From positions 77,996,001 through 78,060,000 of the forward strand of contig NC_042999.1 of NCBI RefSeq assembly GCF_006345805.1: 64,000 nt of DNA. The letters run 5' to 3'. The position numbers were made by a program, and so were the translations under genes. The first letter of the stretch is position 1; each line of letters begins with the position of its first letter. The notes under the pieces were generated by a model, which did no database searches, was not told where the DNA came from, and saw only the letters and a program-made list of their open reading frames with translations. Shown piece after piece: positions 13,401-26,446 of the stretch. This DNA is from Octopus sinensis. Lineage: Eukaryota.

Positions 13401-14570
13401 CCATGAATTCAGATTTTCCTTCAGTCTTAAGATAAATTAACTTAAAGTAATAGTCTGACTTTTGAAACAAGAAACAATCCTAGACATGTTTTTGTTTTTT
13501 TAATTAAAAAATTTTTTTTTTTTATAGATATCATTAAGCTTGAGTATACTATATTATTCTAATGAGATCTTAATACAGTGACAGATGCCTTTAGTTGATC
13601 CTTATTTGCAAACAAAGAATGGGCTTATTTCTTTCTTGAAATTATTTTCCCTTTTCTTTGAGTGACCAATAAACACTGCCAGGCTTTTGTTTTCTTTCTC
13701 CCATCTAAAAGCAAAATTTCAATAAATAATTATTTTGCATATGGGATTCTGTGAATCACCTATTATCTCTGTTCATACTATTTGTCAGTCCATTAGCTCT
13801 TCTATTTGCAATTTCAAACTTCAAGTGCTTCAATCCTGTTCCATTTTTAAGGAACACAAAAAACTCCACCGAAACTTTGTCTTTAATTTTTCCACAGTGT
13901 CATACCATATTAAACGTGTTACTAGTAGCTAAGCAGCTTTGAAGCACTTAGCCCAATGTGACTGGCAGAAGCAGTAGAATGTGGAACAAAATGCACTGTT
14001 GTATTATTATTTAGTAACAATTTTTACGCTCTGAGTTCAAATACACCAAAGTCAAATGACTTCTATTCTTTCAGGGTTGATAAACTAGAGTAGCAAAATT
14101 GATAAATCTGAATTTGAGGAAGGGGACACAGAGGCACACAGATTCATAATAAGTTTGTGAGCCTTTGCTGAAGGTTACAAGTTTTATATTGTCCATTGAT
14201 GGATTCATTTTTTTTTTACTACTATGAAGCTACAAGTAATGAAGTTTGTTCACACACTGACTTTATCCATAAATATATTTCATTCTACAATTGTAGGGTA
14301 CTCAAATATTGTTTATGTAGTTTCATTTAAAGTGTGTGTGTGGGTGGGGGGGGGTAAGAATCAGATGGTTGTGTAAATTTGGATAAAAAGTATCGCTGGA
14401 TGCCCTTTCATGATTACTAGGATCTACATTCAACATAGACTGATATAGCAGAGTTAGGTAGGTTGTTCAAGGGAATAATGTACTAGCTTACATCTTGATT
14501 CAATAGCAAGTGCAAATTTTCCAACAATGTATTTTGGTATGTACTATTGTATGTACTACATACAAAATTA

Positions 14571-14585
14571 ACACACACACACACA

Positions 14586-14643
<58 letters not shown>
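14571..14643. repeat. (CA)n(TA)n microsatellite
   Basis: Seen directly. Confidence 0.95.
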
Positions 14644-14644
<1 letters not shown>

Positions 14645-15498
14645 AATAATGGAAATAAATTAGGCAACTATGTTGCAGAATTTAAAGTAAATTTAACAGC
14701 TGATCAATTAATATCAATACTTCTGTGAGAAAGAGCAGACCAATTAATGAATATGCAAGCTTTTGCTAGCAACAGCTGCTAGTGTGTAACAAAGAAGCAC
14801 TAGATACTGATAGCAACATGGTTATCCACTGCATGAAACCAAATCCCTTCTATAGCTCAGTGTAAGTTTACTGAGCAAGAAACTCTAAGGCAGAAAAACT
14901 ATTGTACATTGTATAAATTGGACAATGTGTTGGTGTATCACAGGCAACATAGCTGGAGTTTAGTAAGATAACAGGATAAACAAGATAAACTGGATCTAGA
15001 ATCTACACAAGTACTTTGTTTTTCATTAAGTTTAGTACTGGAGTTATTTTTTATAGTTGAAAAGTAATCAAGCTGAAAGTAACGGTGACTGAGGCTAAAA
15101 TATATGCCATAGCTGTTATCATAATAACTTCTATGATGAGTGACACTTCAATTCAGTTACACACAAGAGTGAAAATATTCATAGCTCTGGAGATGACCAA
15201 CAGATTTACTTGTAATCAACCCTTGCAGCTCTTTAGGAAAAGTTGATTTTAATATTCTTGGTAAATACTTAAGAATGTGTATTGTAAATGTATCAACAGT
15301 TACATTTTTATAGATACTGAACTAGTAATTCTATTAAAACAGTAGCAGTGTAGCTAAAAAGTTCACTTCACCACTCTGTGATTTCAGGTTTGAGTAACAT
15401 TTTCTCCTGTTCTTCAACCTAACTGATACCCTGTAAGTGAAATTTGGGAGACAAAAACTATGATCTGTCTATAAATGATGAGGATTGTTGAGATATTT

Positions 15499-15735
15499 CA
15501 TCATCATTTAATGTCTATCTTCTATGTGACATGGGTTGAATGGTTAGACAGGATCTAATGAGCCAGAAGAGTGCATCAAGCTCCAATATCTACTTTGGCA
15601 TGGTTTCTGCAGCTGGGTGCTCTTCCTAACACCAAACCCTCTACAGAGCATACTGGGTTCTTTTTTCATGGCACCTGCACTAGCAAAGTAGTAAGTAACT
15701 TGCAAGACAAGTCTCTTTGACCAAGTAGGGGGGAT
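15499..15735 (-). mobile_element. Degenerate RTE-tail retroposon (same subtype as 61624-61815)
   Basis: (cat)n-ttaatgtc..atgggttg..cagctgggtgctcttcctaacacca..., then aagtaacttgcaagac. Confidence 0.65.
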
Positions 15736-15737
15736 AC

Positions 15738-16135
15738 ATGGGTGCAGGCATAAAAAAGTTTGCCTCCCAACTGCATAATCTTGGGTTCAGTCCAACAGTG
15801 TGGAACCATGAGCAAGTGTCTTTTGCTCTAGCACTGAGCTGACCAAAGAATTGTGAGTGGATTTGGTAGGTCGAAACTGAAAGATGCCCATCATAGATGT
15901 GTGTTTCTGTCTGTGATTTTTTGTCTTGAAATTATATGCTAGATGTAAGCAAGCATCATACAAGTGGTGTCATTCATTTCTAGTCTTTCATGAAAACTTG
16001 TCTAGCCAAGGAGAAATATTACCTAACTTGGACACAGTTGAGAGCTGGCAACAGAAAGAGCATCCAGTTAAAAAAAACTTGCTTAAATGAATTCCATCTG
16101 ACACATGCAAGCATGGAAAGGTGGACATTAAAGTG
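15738..16135 (+). mobile_element. tRNA/CORE-like SINE with RTE-type tail
   Basis: B-box gggttcagtcc, then gcaagtgtctt..gtgagtggatttggtag..gaaactgaaag. Ends ggcaacagaaagagcatccag..catgcaagcatggaaaggtggacattaaa. Confidence 0.75.
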
Positions 16136-17345
16136 AGTGAGTGTTTATGTTTACAGGTGTTATCACAGAAAGTTTAGCTTGGTAATTCAATAAAATAACT
16201 GACTGAAATAAATATACTATAGGCTAAAAACCCTTAAAGTGGTCCCTCAACATGGTCACAGTTCATTGAGTGAAATCAGCAAAAAAGTAAAAATAAGAGA
16301 ACACCATTAAGCAAACATATTTCAAATGTACTTAGCCATCTTACTCAACAAACATCATACAAGATGAAAGTGCTACAGCATCATATTCTAAGCCAGAAGA
16401 TATGATAAAATTTCTATTCTTGGGTGTCTTTGAAATGCCAAAACCTAATCAAACTCTGGAGTTGCAAAAAAATTCCTAGATGCTACTGAAGTGCCAAAAC
16501 AAAGCATATTCTGAAGTAAGAGATAAACTGGGCAAAAATATCAAAAAACTTCAGTGATTTTATATAGTTCAACAATTTGGAACCAGCACTAGAAATGATG
16601 TTCATTCATTTAGTGCCAATTATTCTGCAGCTTAAATCCAGCCTGCCTTAATTGTTTATAATCTCACCTTGGGTTAATAAAGATAAAAACCAGTAATAAT
16701 TTGGGAAATTTTCTTTGAAAGCAATCACTCAATTTAGAACATATTGACAGCCTAATATTTGGAGATATATTTCAGGTGTAATGAGAAAGCTAGGCCATGG
16801 AAGATTGTAGCTAATTTAATATTCTATACAAGTTAGAAAAAATTAGCAATGAAAGACAGCTGCACCTAATGTAAATTTAAAGTTGGATTCATTGACAAAA
16901 CAAGTGTGTATGTGTGCACGTGTGTGTGTGTGTGTGTTTTGCAATAGACACAATTACATAGAAGAAAACTTGGTGTCCTCAGCCTTTTAAAAACTTCCAG
17001 AGTTGGAAAGATGGTTGAGAATTAATTGAGGTAGAGTTCAATTTCAATTGTTGCAGTTATTTTTAGCACCAGGTAGTTTTGACTGAGCAGATCTCGTGTC
17101 CGAAATTTTTGTTTATCTAAGACTACACTACCCAAAGTGACCCTCCCGTTTCAAGATGGCAAAGTGTGATTTGAGTATTTGGCTATATCTAGCAGATTAA
17201 TTGTTACTAGCTGGAGAAAAATCTTGAGTAAGAAGGGATTTTAAAAAGAATACAGTTTTGGTAAATTATTGCATCACATGAGGCAGATAGACTACACCTC
17301 AGGAAAAAAAGCTACTTTTGTGAAAGTGTGAAATGAAAGCTTTGT

Positions 17346-17350
<5 letters not shown>

Positions 17351-17431
<81 letters not shown>
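17351..17431. repeat. (TA)n microsatellite
   Basis: Seen directly. Confidence 0.95.
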
Positions 17432-18344
17432 ATGTGCACAAAAGTAAGATGTGATTTCTAAATGGTTCGCAGATGTCTAGGGCTAATGTATTTCCTGGCT
17501 CAGATGAGATGAAGAAACCTTGGTCATATGCAACATTTGAGACTTTTTATTGCTTGGCTTCTCAAATTGCATTTACAAGAATATCTAGAGAGTAATTAAC
17601 AGGTATTATTTCCAAGGTTATAACACAAGCACAGCTAAAGACGACAGATTCAAGAATATTAATATAAAGAGGAAACCCATCCTCTGTAGTATAGTCTTGG
17701 GCGCACAACACATGTAGGCTCATAATAAGTCAGTAGAGATTATTACATCTGACATTTGTAGGGTACTTGAGATTTCAGTGCTGTTTGTGAGCAGATCTGC
17801 AGTTCAATCCCACAGCATAGTGTTTTGTGATTTTGCAAAAGTGTCTTCTATGGCCTCAGCTTTGTGAGGAGCCATTCTTGTTATCGGACAATGGGCTCAA
17901 CCTATTGCTTGGTTTAACACCACCTACTGGTCTTTGGGCACTTCTAAAAAAATCCACAAAGCCAACATACAAATTAATCACCTGCCTGAAGATAACTTCC
18001 ATCAATTACAGAGACCCTGAAAAGAGTCATAGGTATTGCCCTTCTTACTGTAAGTTTCAGAGAGAGAGAGAGAAAGAGATAGAATTATGTTGTGGATTTA
18101 CCTCTTTCAAATACATAATGTCTATGTTGCAGAATAAATTTACAAATTGTAAAATCATCAAGTATATTTTGAAGTTCTCTAATGAATAGTCTATAGTAGC
18201 TATAAGAGCAAGAGAATGATAACTGGCAAATTCAATGAGATGAATGCTGAGATGGTGTTAGTTGGAGGATACTATTAGACAGAAACCAAATTCACAGGAG
18301 GGCAAAAAAAAGAGATCTATCAGAAGATTTGTTTACATATGTAT

Positions 18345-19592
18345 GACCAAGTCAGTAAGTAGCAGGGGTGGATGCTCTGAAAGAGTAGCTGCTAGAATAA
18401 GAATAGCCTGGGCCAAGTTCAGAGAGCGCCTACCTCTGCTGGTAACAAAGGGCCTCTCACTCAGAATGAAAGGTAAACTGTATGACACATGAGCAAACTG
18501 CCATGTTACATGGCAATGAAACTGGAGCTGTGACTGCTGAGAACATGCGTAAGCTTGCAAGAAAGGAAGCTAGTATACTCCATTGGATTTGTAATGTCTG
18601 TGCATATATGACAGAGTGAAAGTGCCCTGAAAGAAAAGTTAGACATAAGAAGCATCAGGTGTGGTGTGCAAGATAGAGAACTGCACTGGTATGGTCATAT
18701 GTTGGATATGGATGAAGACAGCTGTGTGAAAAAGTGTCATACCCTAACAGCAGAGGGAACCTGTGGAAGAGGTAGACCTGGGATGAGGTAGTGAAGCACA
18801 ACCTTCAAACATTGGGCCTCACAGAAGTAATGATAAGTGACTGAGACCTTTGGAGATATGCTGTGCTCGAGAAGATCTGGCAAGTCAAGTGAGACTGTAA
18901 CCATGGCTTATGCCAGTGTCGCATAACTGGCCCATTTAAGAATACCTTTCAACCATTAGGCAATATACTGTGCTTGAGTAATCATGTTGAGTCAAGTGAA
19001 ATCATTGTCATAGCCGATGCCAGTACTGCCTGACTGGCACCTGTGCCAGTGGCATATAAAAAGTACCATTCGAGTGTGGTCAATGCCAGTCCCGCCAGAC
19101 TGGCTCCAATGCCAGTGGCACATAAAAAGCACCATACAAATATGCTTGATACCAGTGCTGTGTGACTGGTACCATGCCAATGCATGTAAAAAGCACCATT
19201 TGAATGCGGTTGTTACCAGTTCCCTGACTGGCTCCCATGACACATGGACACATAAAAGCACCATTTGAGCATGGTCATTGCCATTTCCGCCTGACTGGCT
19301 CTCATGCCGGTGACACATAAAAAGCACCATTCAAGAGTGGTCAATGCCAGTATCGCGTGACAAGCCCTCGTGCTGGTGACACGTAAAAAGCATAATCCAA
19401 ATGTGGCCATAAAAAGCACCATCCAAACATGTAAAAATCACCCACTACACTCTTGGAGTGGTCGGCATTAGGCAGGGCATCCAGCTGTAGAAACCTTGCC
19501 AGATCAGACTGGAGCCTGGTGCAGTCCTCAGTCAAACCGTCAACTCATGCCAGCATGTAAAGTGGATGTTAAACAATGATGATGATGATGAT
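18345..19592 (+). mobile_element. 5'-truncated RTE-clade LINE (ORF C-terminus, tandem-repeat 3' UTR, (TGA)n tail)
   Basis: GGCSERVAARIRIAWAKFRERLPLLVTKGLSLRMKGKLYD..AMLHG..LHWYGHMLDMDEDSCVKKC..EGTCGRGRP, with frameshifts. Ends gttaaacaa(tga)n. Confidence 0.92.
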
Positions 19593-19698
19593 GTATGTAA
19601 TGTTCAGTTGGATGCAAAGCCAGATTTGGAGTTTACATGCAATTGAACATTGCAGGGTAGAGTATGTGTGTGTAACCCTGTTTGTAAACTATAACTTG

Positions 19699-19702
<4 letters not shown>

Positions 19703-19760
<58 letters not shown>
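19703..19760. repeat. (CA)n microsatellite
   Basis: Seen directly. Confidence 0.95.
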
Positions 19761-19763
<3 letters not shown>

Positions 19764-21229
19764 CTAAGAGACCAGAATATACAACTGCAATTGGGAAAAT
19801 CATTGAATAGAGTTTCAAAATGAAGTAAATGTTGGTGATTCTCTTGCAAATTATGCTTGTGAAGAAAACTTATTTGACAACACTGGGGTATTTTCTCCAG
19901 CTGTTGAAGGCTGTTATTCATTTATTTATTTTTTTGTTCATATTTCAATGTCATAGCCTATTTTGAAGGTTATATAATTGTGGGTCATAGAGGAACATTA
20001 CCCAGAGGGATGTTTTTGTCATTCATTCAATAGACATGGTGAAGTAATTATTGGTAATCATCAGAGTTAGATCCAATTAATTAGCTTGCTTGAATGAATG
20101 AAAACTGATGTTGTGGTTGCTGAGTATGGTTACATATAGTGACACAGTAGAGATCAAAGCTTTGCATGTATTAAAATAGGGGTTAGTAAAAGACATAAAT
20201 GTAATGTGTAGTAGATGTAGAGTATTTTGAATAAGAAAAATTTCATTTTCTGCACTAGCTGGGTTAATGTTAGTGAGGTGGGTAGGTGAAAAAGAAATCT
20301 GAAAGTTGAAGTCCGTGGAAACAAGGATTTCAGTGAGAGGAAAGCTGTGATGAATGATCCTCATGTAGGAAAAGTGGTCAAACTAAATGCTGGTAATAGG
20401 ATGAGTTTGAAGAGTGATAAAGGAAGAAGGTGCTTTTGAAGTATTGTAGGGGTTAAGTGAAATAAAAAACCCAGCTGGAGTAACTGAAAGTATTTGTTGC
20501 TGATGCCAAAATTATTTGAATTCATTGATTATAGCTGTAAAACGATACTTTAGGTCAGTACAAATGGAAGTATCTTGTGTGAGCCCAAACTATAGATTAA
20601 AATATCTTATTCTCATTTCGATAATTAACTCAAAGAAAAAAATTGTGAGGGAGATGTTGAAACAAATGCTAAGATAAATGGTCAAGTTAATTGAGAGGTG
20701 ATTTAAGTTACCAATCCAAATAACTATAGTAAAAAAGATAAACAATGAAACAAAATATCAGATTATTTAAGATCTGTATTACTCCACAAGGCAATGACAA
20801 AATTCATGAATAGTGATAATTGTGGTCAGTCAAATCAGTTTTCAAGGAAACCAAACAAAATAAATTGAATTTCTGACAACTAATGCTTTGGGATGAAAAT
20901 ATCACCTGCATCATCATAATCAGTCAAATAACCATATTTCTATGATGCCAGTGATTGGAAAGGACTGAACACTAGTACATTTCCATCAATACAATGATAA
21001 CTGTAAAATCTAATTTTTAAGGATTTGGTTGGATTAGCTAGTTTCAAGCTATTCTAAAGCACATTTTTTTAATGTATTTATTGGAATGGTCAAAACTGAA
21101 GGCCCTTTAAGAAGGGTGAAATTGATGCATTTAACATTCCAATGGTTGCAAGAAAAACAAGGCAAAAATAGAATTCCAGAGTTCAAAATCTGAGAGAAAG
21201 ACCAAACGTGGTAGTTAGTTGGGTGAAAA

Positions 21230-21500
21230 TGCAGCATAGGTGATGAAAAGAGGAGACAAGTGAGTCTAAAGTGGTTGAGAAGAGTGACACAAAGCCAACC
21301 AGCTCCAAGAAGCAGAGGCCACTGTAGAGGTGATAGAAAAGTGAAGGAGAGGAGCCAGAGGCTGGAATGTGTTGGTGAGTAACTTTACGGCAATCAATCA
21401 GATTACCTTTCTCTAGATGTAGTATTAAGATGTCAGTCCGTGTAACAATAGTATTATCCCAAATGTAGGATCAGTATTCCATTATAGGTTTGTGATAGTA
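21230..21500 (-). mobile_element. Old CR1/L2-group LINE relic (RT C-terminus); related fragment at ~43250-43355
   Basis: Minus strand gives PIMEY*SYIWD (compare PxLEYCSxVW) and LTNTFQPLA..LFYHLYSGLCFLEL. The segment accagctccaagaagcagag recurs at 43320. Confidence 0.6.
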
Positions 21501-23615
21501 TCAAGAAAATGAAATAGATAGGCAACAGTATGATAGTGATTCAGACCAAATTGGTCATTTCAAATATGAATAATGTCATATCATTTTAGGAAAAATACTA
21601 GCAGACAGTTTGAGTGTCGAAGTTGTTTGCATGCTAACTAGAAAGTAATCTAAACAAATTAGAAAAACTGTACATTTTGTCAAGAACAATATACCATAAC
21701 ATTTGATGGTACATTTAAAGCAAAACTGTTAACGATTTGGTTGCAGTTCTTGCACTGAACTGGAAGTAGTTTATAGCTGAATGACTTGATAAAAAACAAA
21801 TATCAAATTGAATGAGAGAAGTTGGAGCCCATAAAATGGGTCAAGAAACTGTGATGCCAATGCAATTTCTCTACAAGTTGTTTGTTAATAGTGGAGTAAG
21901 TATGACAGGCAAACTCAAGAGATGTTTCACAATGATGCAATGGGGTTGAAACTCTGGAAGATATCTTATTGGCTTAATGGTTACATGTTTCTAAAGTGGT
22001 GAATTATTAGTTCATTCAGTGAGTTATCAAAGCAATTAGACATAACTATAACTACTACCACTTTCCACTCCATTGGCTTGAAGTTTCAAAACAATGTAAG
22101 GAATGAAATTTAAATTCAAAGTAATCGAAGTATGCACTGAGTATTCTTGTATATGATCAAATAATAAATTTACTTAAGTCTGGTATCGAATAAACAAAAA
22201 ACAAAACTGAAATGTTAAAATTTCTCCAGTGAGACAGAGATTGAAAACCAAAGATAAACAAAGGACTGAATCTGAGAAAAGAAATATTACCAAAATCCAT
22301 TTTGATTGACAACTTAGAAGAACAAACTCACAAAAGTTATATAACTCAATGCACTTCAAAAGATTTTAAACAACTGTAAGTTACCAGTAGCTAAAATTAC
22401 AGTTTAAAATGTTAGCTATTCAGAAAAATCAAATCAAGTTTCAACTGATAATAAAGAAGTGCAATGCAGCCTGAATTATGATAATAATGAATGTAAAAGA
22501 TCAACAGAAACTACACTGGATAAATAAAAGAGAACAACCAATTCTTCACAAGTACAGAAGAGAATAGTGAGTGAAGGAGAGAGTAATAACATCTTGCAAA
22601 ATACATAAAGGTGATATTCACAACTAACAGGGTTTGAGTAGGAGTGGGTAGTTTTACTGCTTACTCAACCTGAAAATTATTTATCTGACTAGAAATATAA
22701 GGAAACCAGAATCAAAGAAGACAACAAGTGTAAGATAAATGATTTTCATAGAGTTTCCATCAAGTGAAAGGTCTTAGAATTTGTTGGAAATAAGAATGAC
22801 AGCAATTATTATTCAGATATTAATACATAACAAAAGCAAAAGCTGTATGAAACTAAAGTTTTATTTTCTGCTCTATGTAGTTTTTAGTAATGAAATAACA
22901 CTAGGTTTTTATATTTGTGCCAGTTAACTGAAAAACCAAATTCTTATTTTCAACAGATGCACAAAACAACAAATTAGTTCTAAAATGAGTATTTATCTGT
23001 AACTAAGAGTCAAATCAAATGATTACCAACTCTAAAGTTTGGAGTGAGAAAGAAATGATTGTGAATTATCTATCGATTTTCCCCTAGGGAAGAAACAGTA
23101 GAAACACAGGCTGTTCTCAAAATATATCATTTCATCTGAATGCCTCTTCACCATATACAGATGCTGATGTATTAATATAATTCTTGGTATTCAAAGATTT
23201 CTAAATTGTATATATTTCTTTGTTTTGCTTGGGAATCAATTATTTAAATAATATGAATAAAATATAAATCTTAAAATACTGTTACACCACAATGCATCTT
23301 TTGATTAGTATTTCAAGCAAAAAAAAATGGTTATATAATTTTCACCAGAGAACTGTTTGTTCTGTAAAACTCCAAATATATTCCCAGGCAAGCCATTTTA
23401 ACACAGAAGAACGACTGACTGCATCATCCCAACACCAAAATGATATGTCTACTACATATATGTATAATTTAAAATTCCCTATTTGTTCTGTTTAACTCAA
23501 ATACCTTTAATTTTCTGTTTACCACATTATAAGGGTTCATATAACTCACATTAACTGTTAACAATATTTCACAAATATCAAATAAAATGGCTGATTAGAA
23601 CAAATTCCAAGGCAA

Positions 23616-24703
23616 AACTAGAAAAGCACTCGGAGAGCATAGACCTCCACCAAGCAACTCATTTCCACCCATATACACGCAGGCTGAAAATTGCCCAATT
23701 TCCCAAACCAACGCCGCCAAAAACATAACCTCATCATCATCATCGTTTAACGTCCATTCTCCATGCTAGCATGGGTTGGACGGTTCGGCCGGGGATCTGG
23801 GAAGCCAGAAGGCTGCACCAGGCTCCAGTCTTATCTGACAATGTTTCTACAGCTGGATGCCCTTCCTAACGCCAACCACTCCGTGAGTGTAGTGGGTGCT
23901 TTTTACGTACCACCCGCACAGGTGTCAGGCGAGGCTGGCATCGGCCATGGTCAGATTGGTGCATTTTACATGCCACCGGCACGGAAGCCAGTCGAGGCGG
24001 CACTGGCTTCAGCCACGATTCGGATGGTGCTTTTTATGTGCCACCGGCACGGAAGCCAGCCGAGGCGGCGCTGTGGAGGTAAAAAAAAAAAGTAACAGCC
24101 ATATGATTTTTTTTTTTAAACCCTAACCATACTAAACCTAACTAAACCTACCTATCTACTTTACATCCCTCTGTGGTCAGTATAGTATCAGTCATCCCTG
24201 AAGAGTCTAGCCTCAGCTGTTGCTATCACTGCCTCCTCCTCCTCCTCCTCCTCTGCTGCTGCTTTTATCAACCCTTGAATATGTGTCATTTAATTTCTGA
24301 ACTGTTTTGCTGCCGTTTGTTTATGTAGTTTGATCCTTTTATCTAGTTTCTAGTAAGATAGACATGTGAATAAAATTACTAACAGAGAAACGAAAATAAG
24401 ATTTTGGAAACAGCAATGCCACCATAGGTTACGTGAAAACCATGAATGTATTTCAAGGGAGATAATCAGAGAAAGATTCAAACAATGTAACATTGTAATA
24501 CTTCATGTAAAGTAAATATAACAAATGAAAAATCCTTCAAGAATCCATAAAAATTTCTGGATCACTACAAAAGTTTTCTCATCTGTTCCTTGTAAGTTTC
24601 ATCGAATACTGTTCACAACTTTTTGAGTTATTTTGCCCACAGACGGACAGATGGACAAACCAACACCGATGAAAACATACCTCCTTCCTTGGCAGAGGTA
24701 ATT
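23616..24703 (-). mobile_element. Helentron/DINE-1-like non-autonomous element (composite)
   Basis: One end is aactagaaaagcactcggagagcatagacctccaccaag (3' stem-loop plus subTIR, reversed). The other is (ggaca)-like repeats..aaaacatacctccttccttggcagaggtaatt. Same architecture as 39876-40609. Confidence 0.7.
23731..24073 (-). mobile_element. Young RTE 3'-UTR/tail insertion nested in the Helentron-like element
   Basis: (cat)n-cgtttaacgtcc..catgggttggacggtt..ggatgcccttcctaacgccaaccactcc, plus 3 UTR repeat units. CpG-rich. Confidence 0.88.
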
Positions 24704-25228
24704 AGTGCTACTCTATATAACAATAGCTGATACAAATGTTGGTTGGGTGATCTCACCAGTCACACTTTACTTTACAGAGAGACAGGGAGAGAGAGTAGAA
24801 AAGAGATATAGAGATAATAAACTTAAGTGCAGGATGAGTGCACATGTTAGGCTTGATGGCAGGCAAGGAGTAAAAAACTGCTACAGACACAGATAGTGAG
24901 AAAGAAAGAAACATGAAAACAGAGAAGAAAGAATGACACAGTAGTTATGAGAAGAGTTATAAAAAATTAGAAATTTGTTGTATTAAATTTTAAGGTAATA
25001 ATTTTTTATAAAAGTTGGATTACAATTTTTGTATGTATACCTATTGCTCATACTATTCTACAATGGTGAAAAGTTACATCTCAGACCAGCCGAAAACAGT
25101 AGTCAAATCTCAGCCAGCCAGAAACAGCAGTCAAATCTTGCTCAGATCACACCCTACCATTTTAAAAAGGGAAAGACACATAGGACACATATCTAGATAT
25201 ACAATAGGATAATATGTTTTTTTTGTTT

Positions 25229-25355
25229 TTTACTTGTTTCAGTCATTTGACTGCAGCCATGCTGGAGCACAGCCTTTAGTCGAGCAAATCGATCCTGGGA
25301 CTTATTCTTTGTAAGCCTAGTACTTATTCTATCGGTCTCTTTTGCCGAACCGCTA
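25229..25355 (-). mobile_element. 3' fragment of tRNA-derived SINE
   Basis: Near-identical to 30607-30693 (ttacttgtttcagtcatttgactgc..ctatcggtctcttttgccgaaccgcta). Confidence 0.85.
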
Positions 25356-25479
25356 TGGTCACAACTGGAATACCTTTGATCATAGGTCTGTTCACATAAG
25401 GTCTGCAGTGAAAAAGCAACTTAAAGCCATTGAGCCTTACAGGCACTACTGAAGACTGTTTAGAAAGGAATAAGCATAA

Positions 25480-25575
25480 TACAGTGTACCCCAACTTATG
25501 TGCGGTTTGGTATTTGCCGTCCCAGTTATTTGCGGGTCCTATAACTGCTCGCGGAAACCACCGCATATTCGCAGA
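25480..25575. mobile_element. Possible pogo/Tigger-like terminal fragment
   Basis: TA-cagtgtaccccaacttatgtgcggtt resembles Tigger-type TIRs, with an internal inverted match accgcata. No partner TIR found. Confidence 0.4.
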
Positions 25576-26385
25576 ATTGTAAATACTAGAATTCTTTGTA
25601 TTCCAATGATCTTTGGAGATATCACCAGCAAATCAAATGATAACAAACTTTTATGTTCATTTGGTGAAAGCACATTCCTCTATTTACTCCAGTCAGCTTG
25701 GCTGACAACAGACCTAAGTATGACATCAGAGTTGTGTTAGCAATAGGATGGTAAATAGGATGGCATTAATACCCAGTCATAAATGTACTTAAGCTGATTG
25801 ATTTTTGAAAATTTGCAACTACTTATGTATTGAGAAACAAATATATCTAAAATTTAGATAACATTAAACTGTATTCATTCCCATTCAATGGGGTTTAATT
25901 AAATATTGTAGATTAGTGTGCTAAAACCTACCATGTTCCTGTATAGGAGTGTTAGTTCAATATCATCATAGGGAAATGTAGATAATGTATATAAAATGAA
26001 GGAAAGGAGCCCAGAAGAAACATAGTATAAATAAATATTTAGATGGCAGAGTTAGTCATACAATATATACTATCACAGAAATTTGGAAATATAATGTATG
26101 AATTTATAATGTGAAGCTGGATTGTTTTGAAATTCAAAACTGGAGTTATGCTTTATTCGTAAATATTATCAATTATTTTTTCAGTTGTATTGGGTTCCTT
26201 CTATGATTATATAAAGAACTAATTTTTTTAAAATTATTCTTTACACATGTTAATCTAACTATATAAGTTACACTGAAATCAAACAGCATAAAATATGGTA
26301 TGTTTATGATAAAATTCCAAATTAAAAGACAAGAAAAAAAAGGTGGCTAGTTTTTTTACTGATATCAAGAAGCTAACTTTACTTG

Positions 26386-26386
<1 letters not shown>

Positions 26387-26424
<38 letters not shown>

Positions 26425-26446
26425 TGTGTGTGTGTGTGTGTGTGTG
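26387..26446. repeat. (GA)n(GT)n microsatellite
   Basis: Seen directly. Confidence 0.95.

Noticed and set aside
19010-19445. Repeat array superficially like CRISPR
   Set aside because: Eukaryotic LINE UTR tandem repeat; no unique spacers and no cas genes.
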